The notes under the pieces were generated by a model. It saw only the letters and a list, made by a program, of their open reading frames with translations. It had not been told where the DNA came from and made no database searches. This document shows, in pieces, positions 19,053 through 28,775 of a DNA stretch of 50,242 nt (position 1 is its first letter; every line of letters begins with the position of its first letter). The stretch covers positions 1 to 50,242 of the forward strand of contig JABDKI010000225.1 of the NCBI GenBank assembly GCA_013002295.1. The letters are read 5' to 3'. The position numbers and the translations under genes are program-made. Origin of the DNA: Altererythrobacter sp. (lineage in GTDB: Bacteria; Pseudomonadota; Alphaproteobacteria; Sphingomonadales; Sphingomonadaceae).

Positions 19053-19906
19053 TCGGCCTTCAATTCCATCCCGCGGGCATAAAGCATCTTGCGATCGATC
19101 CCGGTTGCCTTGGCTACTTGCGCGGCGGCCTGAGAAACTTTCATCGTGGTAAGCGCCTCTCGCAGCAGTTCGTCGGGATCAGCGTCTGAAGCGCTCTCGA
19201 CCGGCGGGCCCGCCATAAGTACAATCTCACCCTTGGGCGGATTGGCGGTATAATGCTCGGCCAGTTCCGCCGCTGTCCCGCTGCGGCATTCTTCGTACAG
19301 CTTGGTCAGTTCGCGGGCGACCGCCACTTCGCGGGTGGGCCACAGCTCCCCCATCGCATTCAGCGTTTTCACCAGGCGCGGACCGCTCTCATAAAAGATC
19401 AGCGTGGCATTGATGCTGGCCAACTCCGCCAGCGCATCGGCGCGCGCTTTTTCCTTCGCCGGCAGAAATCCTGCAAACAGAAAACGATCATTGGGAAGCC
19501 CGGACATGGTGAGGCCCGCAATCGCGGCACACGCACCGGGCAGAGTAGTGACCGCAACGCCGGCTTCGCGCGCAGCCTTTACCAAGCGATAGCCCGGATC
19601 GGATATCAAAGGTGTTCCTGCATCACTGACCAGCGCAATCGCTTCGGTGCGGGCACGCTCAACAATGGTCAGACCTGCCTGCTCGCTTGCGTGATCGTCA
19701 TATCGAATCAATGGCTTATGTGCGCCTAGATGCTTGAGCAGTTTGCCCGTCACCCGCGTATCTTCGCAGGCGACAGCATCGCAATTGCTCAGTATATCGA
19801 CCGCACGGAGCGTTACATCGCCAAGATTGCCAATCGGCGTGGCGACGATGTACAACCCCGGACGAAGAGGTTCAGACAGGGTTTGTTCAGGGGCGATTGT
19901 GTTCAC
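19049..19906 (-). CDS. rsmI: 16S rRNA (C1402-2'-O)-methyltransferase RsmI
   Basis: LYIVATPIGNL, CEDTR, SDAGTPLISDPG and ARELTK.YEE motifs; start moved to GTG 19906. Confidence 0.96.
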   Translation of the reverse strand: MNTIAPEQTLSEPLRPGLYIVATPIGNLGDVTLRAVDILSNCDAVACEDTRVTGKLLKHLGAHKPLIRYDDHASEQAGLTIVERARTEAIALVSDAGTPLISDPGYRLVKAAREAGVAVTTLPGACAAIAGLTMSGLPNDRFLFAGFLPAKEKARADALAELASINATLIFYESGPRLVKTLNAMGELWPTREVAVARELTKLYEECRSGTAAELAEHYTANPPKGEIVLMAGPPVESASDADPDELLREALTTMKVSQAAAQVAKATGIDRKMLYARGMELKAE

Positions 19907-19945
19907 ATGATGCTCTTTGGAACAGCCGAGACAGGGTCGGCAAGT

Positions 19946-21118
19946 ATGAAGCGTGGATTGTTCAGTATTCGTGGCGCGATTGTGGCTGCGACAGCGGCGG
20001 TTTTGGCCGGTTGTCAGGTGATTCCGAAGACGGGGCCTGACACAACAACGGGGCCTGTCATCGCTCCGACTGAAGAACCGAGCGCTGGCGTGCTGCCCAC
20101 CGATGAAACGCGTCACCGGATCGGAATTCTGGTTCCAATGTCTGGTCGAAACGGAGCGGTTGGCGAATCGATTGCCAATGCAGCCAACATGGCGATCCTC
20201 GATACCAGCGCGGATAATATCCGTATCACGACCTATGATACGTCAAGTGGTGCGGCAGAAGCCGCGGCGCAAGCGGTCGCAGATGGCAATCGCCTGATAC
20301 TTGGCCCGATGCTGGCAGACAATGTGCCTGCGGTGCGCAACGAAGCAGCTCGGGCTGGCGTTCCGCTGATCTCGTTTTCGAACGATACCAATGTTGCGCG
20401 GTCCGATGCCTTTGTGATGGGTCACATCCCGGAACAGTCTATCGCGCGTTCTGTGGCCTATGCCCGTTCGCGCGGAGCGGAACGTTTTGCCGCATTGCTA
20501 CCCAGGGGGGACTATGGCGATCGAGCGGCTGGTGCACTCGACAATGCATTGCGTGACTACGGTGGGCTGTTGTCGCAGACCCGCCGTTATGACCGTGGCA
20601 GCAGCGCAATCATCAGCGCAGCGACGCAAATTCGCGAAACGGGCGGGTACGATACGGTTCTGATTCCAGACGGGGTTCAATTGGCGTCGCAAGGGGCCAA
20701 TGCGCTGCGGGAAGATGAGACAGGCTTGCCGCCGCGTGTTCTGGGCACAGAGCTGTGGAGCGGCGAAAGTGCGGTGACGCGGACCAGCGCATTGCGCGGC
20801 GCGATCTTCTCCGCGGTGTCTAACCGCCGTTTCCAGCGTTTTCGCGATAGTTACCAAGACCGCTTCGGCAGCGCGCCATATCGGATTTCGACGTTGGGCT
20901 ATGACGCCGTATTGCTGACCTTGCGGGTTGCGCGTGACTGGCAAGTTGGTCGACCCTTCCCCACTCGTCAGCTAACGAGCAATGACGGATTCCTCGGTCT
21001 TGACGGGGCGTTTCGCTTTGGTAGCAACGGCGTGATCGAGCGTGCAATGGAGGTACGCGAAGTGCGCCAGAACGAAGTATCCGTTGTAGATGCAGCGCCT
21101 GCCCGCTTTAGCGACTGA
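19946..21118 (+). CDS. Penicillin-binding protein activator-like lipoprotein (LpoA/YraM C-terminal-type periplasmic binding fold)
   Basis: Lipobox LAGC; ILVPMSG, ILGP, LGYDA and F.GLDG.FRF motifs; divergent from rsmI as in the yraL/yraM arrangement. Confidence 0.8.
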   Translation: MKRGLFSIRGAIVAATAAVLAGCQVIPKTGPDTTTGPVIAPTEEPSAGVLPTDETRHRIGILVPMSGRNGAVGESIANAANMAILDTSADNIRITTYDTSSGAAEAAAQAVADGNRLILGPMLADNVPAVRNEAARAGVPLISFSNDTNVARSDAFVMGHIPEQSIARSVAYARSRGAERFAALLPRGDYGDRAAGALDNALRDYGGLLSQTRRYDRGSSAIISAATQIRETGGYDTVLIPDGVQLASQGANALREDETGLPPRVLGTELWSGESAVTRTSALRGAIFSAVSNRRFQRFRDSYQDRFGSAPYRISTLGYDAVLLTLRVARDWQVGRPFPTRQLTSNDGFLGLDGAFRFGSNGVIERAMEVREVRQNEVSVVDAAPARFSD

Positions 21119-21175
21119 GTAAAACATTCTGCGCCCGCTTGTCGCCGTGATCGCGCGCGGCATATAGGCTGACCT

Positions 21176-23152
21176 ATGTCCGATGACCTGTTTGAAAACG
21201 CGCCAGCTTCCAGCGGCGACTACAATTCCTCCTCGATCGAGGTTTTGGAGGGGCTTGAGCCTGTCCGCCGCCGCCCCGGTATGTATATCGGCGGAACGGA
21301 CGACCGCGCGCTGCACCATTTGGCCGCCGAAGTGCTCGACAACTCGATGGATGAAGCGGTTGCCGGCCACGCCAACCGCATTGAAGTCCGGTTGGAGGAA
21401 GGCAATCACCTGTCGATCAGCGACAACGGCCGCGGCATTCCCGTTGACGAACACCCCAAATTTCCCGGCAAGTCCACGCTTGAAGTGATCCTTTCGACTC
21501 TACATTCCGGCGGCAAGTTTTCCGGCAAAGCCTATGCCACCAGCGGCGGCTTGCACGGCGTGGGCGTGAGTGTGGTCAATGCGTTGTCGAGCCACACCCG
21601 CGTCGAGGTGGCGCGCGACAAACAATTGTTCGCGCAGGAATTCGCGCGCGGCCAAACGCTTGGCAAGATCGAGAAACTGGGCGCTGCGCCCAATCGGCGC
21701 GGCACAATGGTCAGCTTCACCCCCGACACGGAGATTTTCGGCGATCGGCAGTTTAAACCCGCCCGCCTGTTCAAACTGGCTCGGTCGAAGGCGTATCTGT
21801 TTGCTGGCGTCGAAATCCGCTGGAAATGCGCGCCGTCGCTTGCGAGCGAAGATGTACCCGAAGAAGCGACCTTCAAATTTCCCGGCGGTTTGGCAGATCA
21901 TCTGGCCGAACAGATCGGTACTCGCGATTGCGTGACGGCAGAAGCCTTTACCGGCAGCCAGGATTTCCCGGACGACAAAGGCCGCGTGGAATGGGCCGTC
22001 GCATGGCCGCTCTATTCCGACGGGTCGACCAGTTGGTATTGTAATACAGTACCCACCCCGGATGGCGGCACGCACGAACAGGGCTTGCGCGCGGCATTGA
22101 CCAAGGCATTGCGCGCGTTCGGCGAATTGACCGGGCAGAAGAAGTCAAAGGACCTGACCGCCGACGATGTGATGACCGGCGGCGAAATCATGCTGTCTGT
22201 CTTCATCCGAGACCCACAGTTCCAGTCACAGACCAAAGACCGGCTTACTTCGCCCGAAGCTTCACGTTTGGTTGAGAACGCCGTGCGCGATCACTTCGAT
22301 CACTTCCTTACCGCCAATATGGAGCGCGGCAAAGCGCTGCTTGGCAGTGTGATGGAGCGCATGGACGAACGTCTGCGCCGCAAGCAGGAACGCGAAATCA
22401 AGCGCAAGACTGCGACCAACGCCAAGAAATTGCGGCTTCCCGGTAAGCTAACGGATTGCAGCGGCGAAGGTGACCGCGAGACCGAACTGTTTATCGTCGA
22501 GGGCGATTCTGCGGGTGGCAGTGCCAAACAAGCGCGCGACCGCAAGAGCCAGGCAATCTTGCCGATCCGCGGCAAGATTTTGAACGTGGCCAGCGCCACC
22601 GCTGATAAGATCCGCGCGAACCTGGAAATAGCCGACCTGTCGTTGGCTTTGGGTTGTGGCACACGCAAAGACTGCGATCCCGAGCAGCTTCGCTATGACC
22701 GCATCATCATCATGACCGATGCGGACGTTGACGGCGCGCATATCGCAACGCTGCTGATGACATTCTTCTTTCAGGAAATGTCTGAAGTGGTGCGCGGTGG
22801 ATATCTGTATCTCGCACAACCGCCGCTCTACAAACTGAGTGCAGGCAAAGAAACCCGCTATGCCCGCGATGATGCCCACCGGGACGAACTGGAAGAGACT
22901 GTCTTCAAGGGCAAGAAGGTCGAAGTGGGCCGTTTCAAGGGCCTGGGTGAAATGAACCCCGGTCAGCTGCGCGAAACCACCATGAATCCCGAAACACGCT
23001 CACTCATCAGGATAACCCTGCCCGAACAACATGAGCAGCGTTTTGCGGTAAAGGAACTGGTCGACCGACTAATGGGCCGCAATCCAGAACACCGGTTCAA
23101 CTTCATCCAGAATCACGCCAGCGATGTCGATCGTGATATGATTGATGCTTAG
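21176..23152 (+). CDS. parE: DNA topoisomerase IV subunit B
   Basis: GLEPVRRRPGMYIG, GGLHGVGVS, VEGDSAGGSAKQ, IMTDADVDG and RFKGLGEMN motifs; 658 aa without the GyrB insertion. Confidence 0.95.
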   Translation: MSDDLFENAPASSGDYNSSSIEVLEGLEPVRRRPGMYIGGTDDRALHHLAAEVLDNSMDEAVAGHANRIEVRLEEGNHLSISDNGRGIPVDEHPKFPGKSTLEVILSTLHSGGKFSGKAYATSGGLHGVGVSVVNALSSHTRVEVARDKQLFAQEFARGQTLGKIEKLGAAPNRRGTMVSFTPDTEIFGDRQFKPARLFKLARSKAYLFAGVEIRWKCAPSLASEDVPEEATFKFPGGLADHLAEQIGTRDCVTAEAFTGSQDFPDDKGRVEWAVAWPLYSDGSTSWYCNTVPTPDGGTHEQGLRAALTKALRAFGELTGQKKSKDLTADDVMTGGEIMLSVFIRDPQFQSQTKDRLTSPEASRLVENAVRDHFDHFLTANMERGKALLGSVMERMDERLRRKQEREIKRKTATNAKKLRLPGKLTDCSGEGDRETELFIVEGDSAGGSAKQARDRKSQAILPIRGKILNVASATADKIRANLEIADLSLALGCGTRKDCDPEQLRYDRIIIMTDADVDGAHIATLLMTFFFQEMSEVVRGGYLYLAQPPLYKLSAGKETRYARDDAHRDELEETVFKGKKVEVGRFKGLGEMNPGQLRETTMNPETRSLIRITLPEQHEQRFAVKELVDRLMGRNPEHRFNFIQNHASDVDRDMIDA

Positions 23153-23454
23153 AATGGAGCGCCTTCGATAGGCTTTGCAGAGTAAATCGATATCTCGGGA
23201 GGCGCGATCGCGAGCGCGCCAATCTGCTGAACAAATGCACCGGATTCGGGCACTGCGAAGTGCATTTGTACCGCTTCCATGTCACGCCATTGCTCGAAGA
23301 AATGCATTCGGTTCGCGTCCTCGGCATCAATATAGCAATTATGCGAAACGCAACCTTCCTCCACTCGTGATCGTGCAGAGTGTTCACAGCCAAGCCGGAT
23401 GGCCGCATCTCGCTCGTTTGGATCAAGCGAGACCGTGCCTGTGATGACAATCAT
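23149..23454 (-). CDS. Putative quinol monooxygenase / antibiotic biosynthesis monooxygenase (ABM) family protein
   Basis: MIVITG...SR.EEGC...FFEQW.D..A...HF pattern; ATGA overlap with the upstream gene. Confidence 0.85.
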   Translation of the reverse strand: MIVITGTVSLDPNERDAAIRLGCEHSARSRVEEGCVSHNCYIDAEDANRMHFFEQWRDMEAVQMHFAVPESGAFVQQIGALAIAPPEISIYSAKPIEGAPF

Positions 23455-24665
23455 TGCGCTACCTCCGTATGGATATGCAAGTGCCCTTCCAACGTGCGGT
23501 GGACCGGGCATTTGTCGGCGATTTCGATCAGCTTGGCACGTTGTTCACCGTCTAACGCGTCGCCCAATATTTCGATCTTTCGATTGAGAGCCTGGATCTG
23601 CACGTTTTCATCCAGCACATGATCGCAATCCTCCGCGTGATCGCGCTCATGCGTCACATGGATACGGGTCCCGTCGAACGGCCATTGCTTGCGATCAGCA
23701 TACATCTTCATTGTCATAGCCGTGCACGTCCCAAGCGCTGCGTTAAGCAAATCGTATGGCGTGGGGCCGCTGTCGTCACCACCATAGCTAGCTGGTTCAT
23801 CAGCAACGAAACGATGGCTGACAGTGTGCACCTCCGTGCCGAACTTACCATTGCCGGTCTGCACGATCACACCCTGATCGGGCATCTCTAACTGATCTTT
23901 CTGTGGCAGATACCGCCCCGCCCATGCAGCGATCATTTGCGCAGCAAACTGGGCATCCGCCTCGTTTAGCAGCAAGTGATCGGCGCCCGCCAAGCTGACA
24001 AAACTCTTGGGATGCTTAGCGGCGGTGAACAGGTTCGAGGCATGCTCAACACCAACGATCTCGTCGGTCGGTGAATGCATGATCATCAAGGGCACGCGTA
24101 GCCCGCCGATGCGATCAAGCAGATCGATCTCGCGCGTCTTGTCGAGGAAGTCTTTGCTCAGCTTGAATGCACGTCCACCGATGGTGACGTCGCCCTCACC
24201 TTTACTCTCGATCTCTTCCAGATCGCCTTTGATATTGTGGAGCACATGCGGCACGTCGCTAGGCGCGCCAATGGTCGCAACCGCCGCAACATTGTCACGC
24301 CCAAGTTCGGTTGCCGCAGCCAAGACCGCTGCTCCGCCCAAACTGTGCCCGACAAGCAGAATTTGGCAATCGAACCGGTCGATCAAATGCTCTGCCGATG
24401 CGATCAAATCTTCGACATCACTGGCAAAGCCTGCGCGCCCGAACTCGCCCTGACTGCCGCCAAGTCCCGTGAAATCGAACCTCAGGGATGCAATGCCTTC
24501 GCGCGCCAAAGCCTGCGTCACTGCCTTGGCGGCCTTCGATTGCTTAGTGCAGGTAAAACAATGTGCAAACACCGCCGCACCCCGCACAAGCCCTGTAGGC
24601 AATTCGAGCGCGCCGGAAAGCTCATGCCCTTCGGATGTGGTGATCTTCAGATTTTCGGTCGGCAT
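23451..24665 (-). CDS. Bifunctional alpha/beta hydrolase - OsmC family protein
   Basis: AHCFTC, RFDFTGLG, GHSLGG and HPKSFVSL..ADH motifs; OsmC domain ADEP..GG...GPTPY..GTCT...KCPVH; start at ATG 24665 after AGGAGG. Confidence 0.92.
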   Translation of the reverse strand: MPTENLKITTSEGHELSGALELPTGLVRGAAVFAHCFTCTKQSKAAKAVTQALAREGIASLRFDFTGLGGSQGEFGRAGFASDVEDLIASAEHLIDRFDCQILLVGHSLGGAAVLAAATELGRDNVAAVATIGAPSDVPHVLHNIKGDLEEIESKGEGDVTIGGRAFKLSKDFLDKTREIDLLDRIGGLRVPLMIMHSPTDEIVGVEHASNLFTAAKHPKSFVSLAGADHLLLNEADAQFAAQMIAAWAGRYLPQKDQLEMPDQGVIVQTGNGKFGTEVHTVSHRFVADEPASYGGDDSGPTPYDLLNAALGTCTAMTMKMYADRKQWPFDGTRIHVTHERDHAEDCDHVLDENVQIQALNRKIEILGDALDGEQRAKLIEIADKCPVHRTLEGHLHIHTEVAQ

Positions 24666-25028
24666 GTGCTTCCTCCTTGTCTGATGTTCGTGAATTCTAG
24701 ACGATTGGTTACGGCAACGCGATGGTGCGCGCGGTGGTTGAGCAGTTTTCCTACTCAGAGTGTGCCGGCTATACCGGAAACACGCTTTGGACAGGAACAC
24801 ACCTCGTTTGGAAAGTCACACATTCACTTGCGCGAATTTTCTTAGGACGCTGGATTCAGGCGGGAATTCTGGAAAGTCACAGTTGCCCAATGCGTGTTTG
24901 GCGTTCCATCGCTTCCCAATTTGGATAGGGGCCAATTCGATGGCTTCCGTTGCGTCACCCTTGCGTGAGCGTGCGCAGTCACTTAACGCGCTCGTCAAGT
25001 TTCAAACGAAAACCTCATGGGAAAATTC

Positions 25029-25889
25029 ATGACCGAACAGCCGCAACGTTTTGAAGGTACTAACGACTATATCGCTACAGACGACCTGAAGGTTGCGGTG
25101 GATGCTGCAGTCATGTTGCGACGACCCTTGCTGGTCAAAGGTGAGCCAGGCACCGGCAAGACGGTGTTGGCGCACGAGATTGCCAAGGCAATCGGTGCAC
25201 CGCTGATCGAGTGGAATGTGAAGTCGACCACCAAGGCTCAGCAAGGCCTGTATGAGTATGACGCGGTCGCTCGTTTGCGCGATGGTCAGCTTGGCGATGA
25301 GCGCGTTCACGACATTGCGAACTACATCAAGAAGGGCAAGTTGTGGGAGGCGTTCACCTCTGAGGAGCTGCCTGTCCTGCTGATTGACGAGATTGACAAG
25401 GCCGACATCGAATTCCCGAACGACCTTCTGCAAGAGCTCGATCGGATGAGTTTCGATGTCTATGAGACGCATGAGACGATTACCGCGCAAGAACGCCCGA
25501 TTGTCGTGATTACGTCAAATAACGAGAAAGAACTGCCCGACGCGTTTCTGCGCCGCTGCTTCTTCCACTATATCAAGTTCCCTGATCGCGACACTATGCG
25601 CGAAATCATCGAGGTTCACTATCCTGGCATTCAGAAGAACCTGGTCAGCAAGGCGATGGATATTTTCTACGAACTGCGCGATGTGCCCGGCCTGAAGAAA
25701 AAGCCCTCAACCAGCGAGCTGCTCGACTGGCTCAAGCTGCTTCTGAATGAAGATATGCCGATGGATGTGCTGCAGGACAGCAATCCTAACAGCGCCATTC
25801 CCCCGCTGCACGGTGCCTTGCTGAAGAACGAGCAGGATGTGATGATGTTCGAACGGCTCGCGTTTATGGCGCGCCGCAATCCGAGCTAG
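25029..25889 (+). CDS. MoxR family AAA+ ATPase
   Basis: GEPGTGKT, LLIDEIDKAD and TSNNEKELPDAFLRRC motifs. Confidence 0.93.
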   Translation: MTEQPQRFEGTNDYIATDDLKVAVDAAVMLRRPLLVKGEPGTGKTVLAHEIAKAIGAPLIEWNVKSTTKAQQGLYEYDAVARLRDGQLGDERVHDIANYIKKGKLWEAFTSEELPVLLIDEIDKADIEFPNDLLQELDRMSFDVYETHETITAQERPIVVITSNNEKELPDAFLRRCFFHYIKFPDRDTMREIIEVHYPGIQKNLVSKAMDIFYELRDVPGLKKKPSTSELLDWLKLLLNEDMPMDVLQDSNPNSAIPPLHGALLKNEQDVMMFERLAFMARRNPS

Positions 25890-25903
25890 GCCTGCGACCT
25901 GCG

Positions 25904-27304
25904 TTAGTCGAAGCTGTAGGCCAGCTCGTAGTCACCCCAGCGCTCTCCATTGATGTAGAGCGGCACGTAGACATTGCGGACGACGATGTACTTCTCGCCG
26001 TCACCTTCCTGGCGATAAACTGCCATGGTGTACGGCGCGGTGCTCATCTTGGCCTTCTTGTCGACGCCTTCGAAAATGATCCGCCCATTGCGGCAAAAGG
26101 CGGTGTCATGGGCCAGATTGCCGGTCGGTTCCTGCGATCGTGCAGATAGATGAGTCGGCAAGAAACCGTTCACATCAGTGCATGCCGCAGCGAGCAAGCG
26201 AGAATCGCTGGTCTGCGCCTTGTCGAGGAACGGCCGCCAATGTTCGTGAATCCACGCTGTTCCTGAGGTGTTGAAACGAGGAGGATTGCTGCCGGCGATT
26301 TCTTGATAGTTGCGGTCAAACAGAGCCACTTTGTCGACCTTGTTCAGAACAATTGCCTGCTCGGTGAATTCGGCCAGTTCGCGTGCATAGCCCTGAGCCT
26401 GTTCAACCATCAGGCTATCCTCAGGCGATAGACCTGCGTGCACGATACGGTCGAACATCTCGCTCGCAGTTAGCTCGAGTTCCTCCATGCGGCTGTGGGC
26501 GTTGGCCAACTTGGCCTCATTGTCGGTCGCGGCTTCGTCAAAGCTGTCGAGTACATCACTGACCCGAACAACATGGTCGCTGATCGTCGTTGTCGAACGC
26601 GCGATCTGGTCGTTCTGTTTATCAACTTCTTCGACAAGCTCGCCCACGCTCAGGATCGTGCTTTCAATTTGCGCGACAGAGGTCTTCGCGTTGCCGCTCG
26701 CGGCGGAACCAGCCTCGATACGCTCGATTACTTGCTGCGCCTCCCCACCCAATGCATCGACCGTAGCCGTGATCTCTTCGGTGGCTTTGCGGGTGTCATT
26801 GGCGAGGCTTTTTACCTCACCCGCCACAACAGCGAATGTCCGGCCGGCCTCACCTGCACGCATTGCTTCGATGGTAGCATTCAAGGCCAAAATGTTAGTG
26901 GTTTCGGCGATGTCTTCGATATCTTTCGAGCACCGGCGCACTTGCTCCATCGCCGCCGCGAAGCTCGTTACATGCTGAGCCAGCGCCTCAACCAGTTCCA
27001 GCACATCATTGATTTGGCCCAGTGATGAATGGATTAGCGTTGTGCCCTCCCCCAATCGTTCAATCGCGCGCTCCGACAATAACCGCGCTTCGTCGCTTGC
27101 CTCAGCGACCTTGTGCTGGTCAGCTTCCAAAGCAACGACCGTATCCCGCAGCGAATTGTGCTCTTCGCGCAGAGTTTCGGACGATTTGAGAACAGCCTCA
27201 ACAATGCCAGCAACATCTGTGCAACCGACGGTCACATCGCCGCAACTCTCCGGAATCATATCGAGCGCGTTTGCGCCGGCTGTATCGATTTCAATTGGCT
27301 TCAT
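25904..27304 (-). CDS. Soluble methyl-accepting chemotaxis protein with C-terminal extra domain
   Basis: TNILALNATIEAMRAGEAGRTFAVVAGEVKSLA hairpin; no transmembrane segment. Confidence 0.92.
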   Translation of the reverse strand: MKPIEIDTAGANALDMIPESCGDVTVGCTDVAGIVEAVLKSSETLREEHNSLRDTVVALEADQHKVAEASDEARLLSERAIERLGEGTTLIHSSLGQINDVLELVEALAQHVTSFAAAMEQVRRCSKDIEDIAETTNILALNATIEAMRAGEAGRTFAVVAGEVKSLANDTRKATEEITATVDALGGEAQQVIERIEAGSAASGNAKTSVAQIESTILSVGELVEEVDKQNDQIARSTTTISDHVVRVSDVLDSFDEAATDNEAKLANAHSRMEELELTASEMFDRIVHAGLSPEDSLMVEQAQGYARELAEFTEQAIVLNKVDKVALFDRNYQEIAGSNPPRFNTSGTAWIHEHWRPFLDKAQTSDSRLLAAACTDVNGFLPTHLSARSQEPTGNLAHDTAFCRNGRIIFEGVDKKAKMSTAPYTMAVYRQEGDGEKYIVVRNVYVPLYINGERWGDYELAYSFD

Positions 27305-27355
27305 GCCGTGTCGTGCCCCTGAGTTTCTATCTTGAGATCCTCGGTAACCGCGTAT

Positions 27356-27372
27356 GGTTATCGTTGGGTTAA
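27356..27372 (-). promoter_or_regulatory. Probable CtrA-binding site upstream of the MCP gene
   Basis: Minus strand TTAA-N7-ATAACC, one mismatch to TTAA-N7-TTAAC. Confidence 0.55.
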
Positions 27373-27434
27373 ATTAGCTAGGGATGTGCACTCAGGGCTG
27401 GCGAGGCCGCGATAGGTGCGCTATTGAAACCGAC

Positions 27435-28619
27435 ATGTTCTTCAATTTCGTAGATGAGCTTCGTGCAGCCGGAATACCCGCCAGCTTCAAAGAGCACCTC
27501 ACTTTGCTTGAGGCACTCGACAAGGATGTGATCGAGCAAACGCCCGAGGCATTCTATTACCTGTCACGCGCCACATTCGTGAAAGACGAAGGCCTGATCG
27601 ATCAGTTTGACCAGGTCTTCAACAAAGTCTTCAAAGGCATCTTGTCCGATTACGGCCAAAATCCGGTAGAAATACCGGAAGACTGGCTGAAGGCCGTGGC
27701 CGAGAAGTTCTTATCTGAAGAAGAGATGGAAAAAATCAAATCGCTGGGTGACTGGGACGAGATCATGGACACCCTCAAGAAGCGACTTGAGGAACAGCAG
27801 AAACGCCACGAGGGCGGCAATAAGTGGATCGGCACCGGCGGCACATCACCTTTCGGACATTCCGGCTACAACCCGGAAGGTGTGCGTATCGGCGGCGAAA
27901 GCAAGCACAAGCGTGCTGTCAAAGTCTGGGAGAAGCGCGAATTCAGGAACTTGGACAACACCAAGGAACTGGGAACGCGCAACATCAAGATGGCGCTACG
28001 TCGCTTGCGCCGTTTCGCACGGGAAGGCGCACAGGATCAGCTTGATCTGGATGCGACAATTGATGGCACCGCGAAGCAGGGCTGGCTCGATATTCACATG
28101 CGAGCTGAACGCCGCAATGCGGTGAAACTGCTGCTTTTCCTGGATGTAGGCGGCTCGATGGATCCGTTCATCAAACTCTGCGAAGAATTGTTCAGTGCAG
28201 CGACTAGCGAGTTCAAAAATCTGGAGTTTTTCTACTTCCACAACTGCCTCTATGAAGGCGTGTGGAAAGACAATAAGCGCCGCTGGCAGGAACGGACCAA
28301 GACCTGGGACGTGCTTCACAAATACGGGCATGACTACAAGGTCGTGTTCGTCGGTGACGCCGCGATGAGTCCTTATGAAATCACCCATCCGGGCGGTAGC
28401 GTCGAGCACATGAACGAGGAGGCTGGCGCGGTTTGGATGCAGCGTGTCACGAACACCTATCCTGCAACTGTGTGGCTCAACCCCGTGCCGGAGAAGCAAT
28501 GGGGCTATTCACAAAGCACCAAGATGCTGAAGCAGCTGGTCAGTGACCGGATGTATGGGCTTACACTGGACGGCCTCGATGAAGCCATGCGCGAGCTAAG
28601 CCGCAAGCAAGGGCATTGA
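27435..28619 (+). CDS. VWA domain-containing protein (CoxE-like MoxR partner)
   Basis: GGNKWIGTGGTSPFG, MIDAS-like DVGGSMD, VGDAAMSPYE and WLNP motifs; start moved to ATG 27435. Confidence 0.9.
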   Translation: MFFNFVDELRAAGIPASFKEHLTLLEALDKDVIEQTPEAFYYLSRATFVKDEGLIDQFDQVFNKVFKGILSDYGQNPVEIPEDWLKAVAEKFLSEEEMEKIKSLGDWDEIMDTLKKRLEEQQKRHEGGNKWIGTGGTSPFGHSGYNPEGVRIGGESKHKRAVKVWEKREFRNLDNTKELGTRNIKMALRRLRRFAREGAQDQLDLDATIDGTAKQGWLDIHMRAERRNAVKLLLFLDVGGSMDPFIKLCEELFSAATSEFKNLEFFYFHNCLYEGVWKDNKRRWQERTKTWDVLHKYGHDYKVVFVGDAAMSPYEITHPGGSVEHMNEEAGAVWMQRVTNTYPATVWLNPVPEKQWGYSQSTKMLKQLVSDRMYGLTLDGLDEAMRELSRKQGH

Positions 28620-28775
28620 CCTTCAGATTGGAATACCAGGGATTTGCGCTAAATATCGCTTGTTAACAGCAACGACTAAGGCGTAGATGTGTCGCGTCAC
28701 TTTCGTGCAAGCCAAAGAGGCGTTAGGTCGCAAGCCAACCTTACGGGTCGCAAAACCTAAAAGGGGGAATGACCA

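Noticed and set aside
24666-24998. Stop-codon readthrough (TGA 24816-18) joining the 60-aa ORF to the hydrolase-OsmC frame
   Set aside because: The hydrolase has a strong AGGAGG-ATG start at 24665; the extension has no protein-like features and no SECIS-like hairpin is evident
28725-28770. c-di-GMP-I riboswitch resemblance (GCAAGCC...GGGTCGCAAAACC)
   Set aside because: Lacks the GNRA-capped stem and the receptor-containing second stem; too short before the SD
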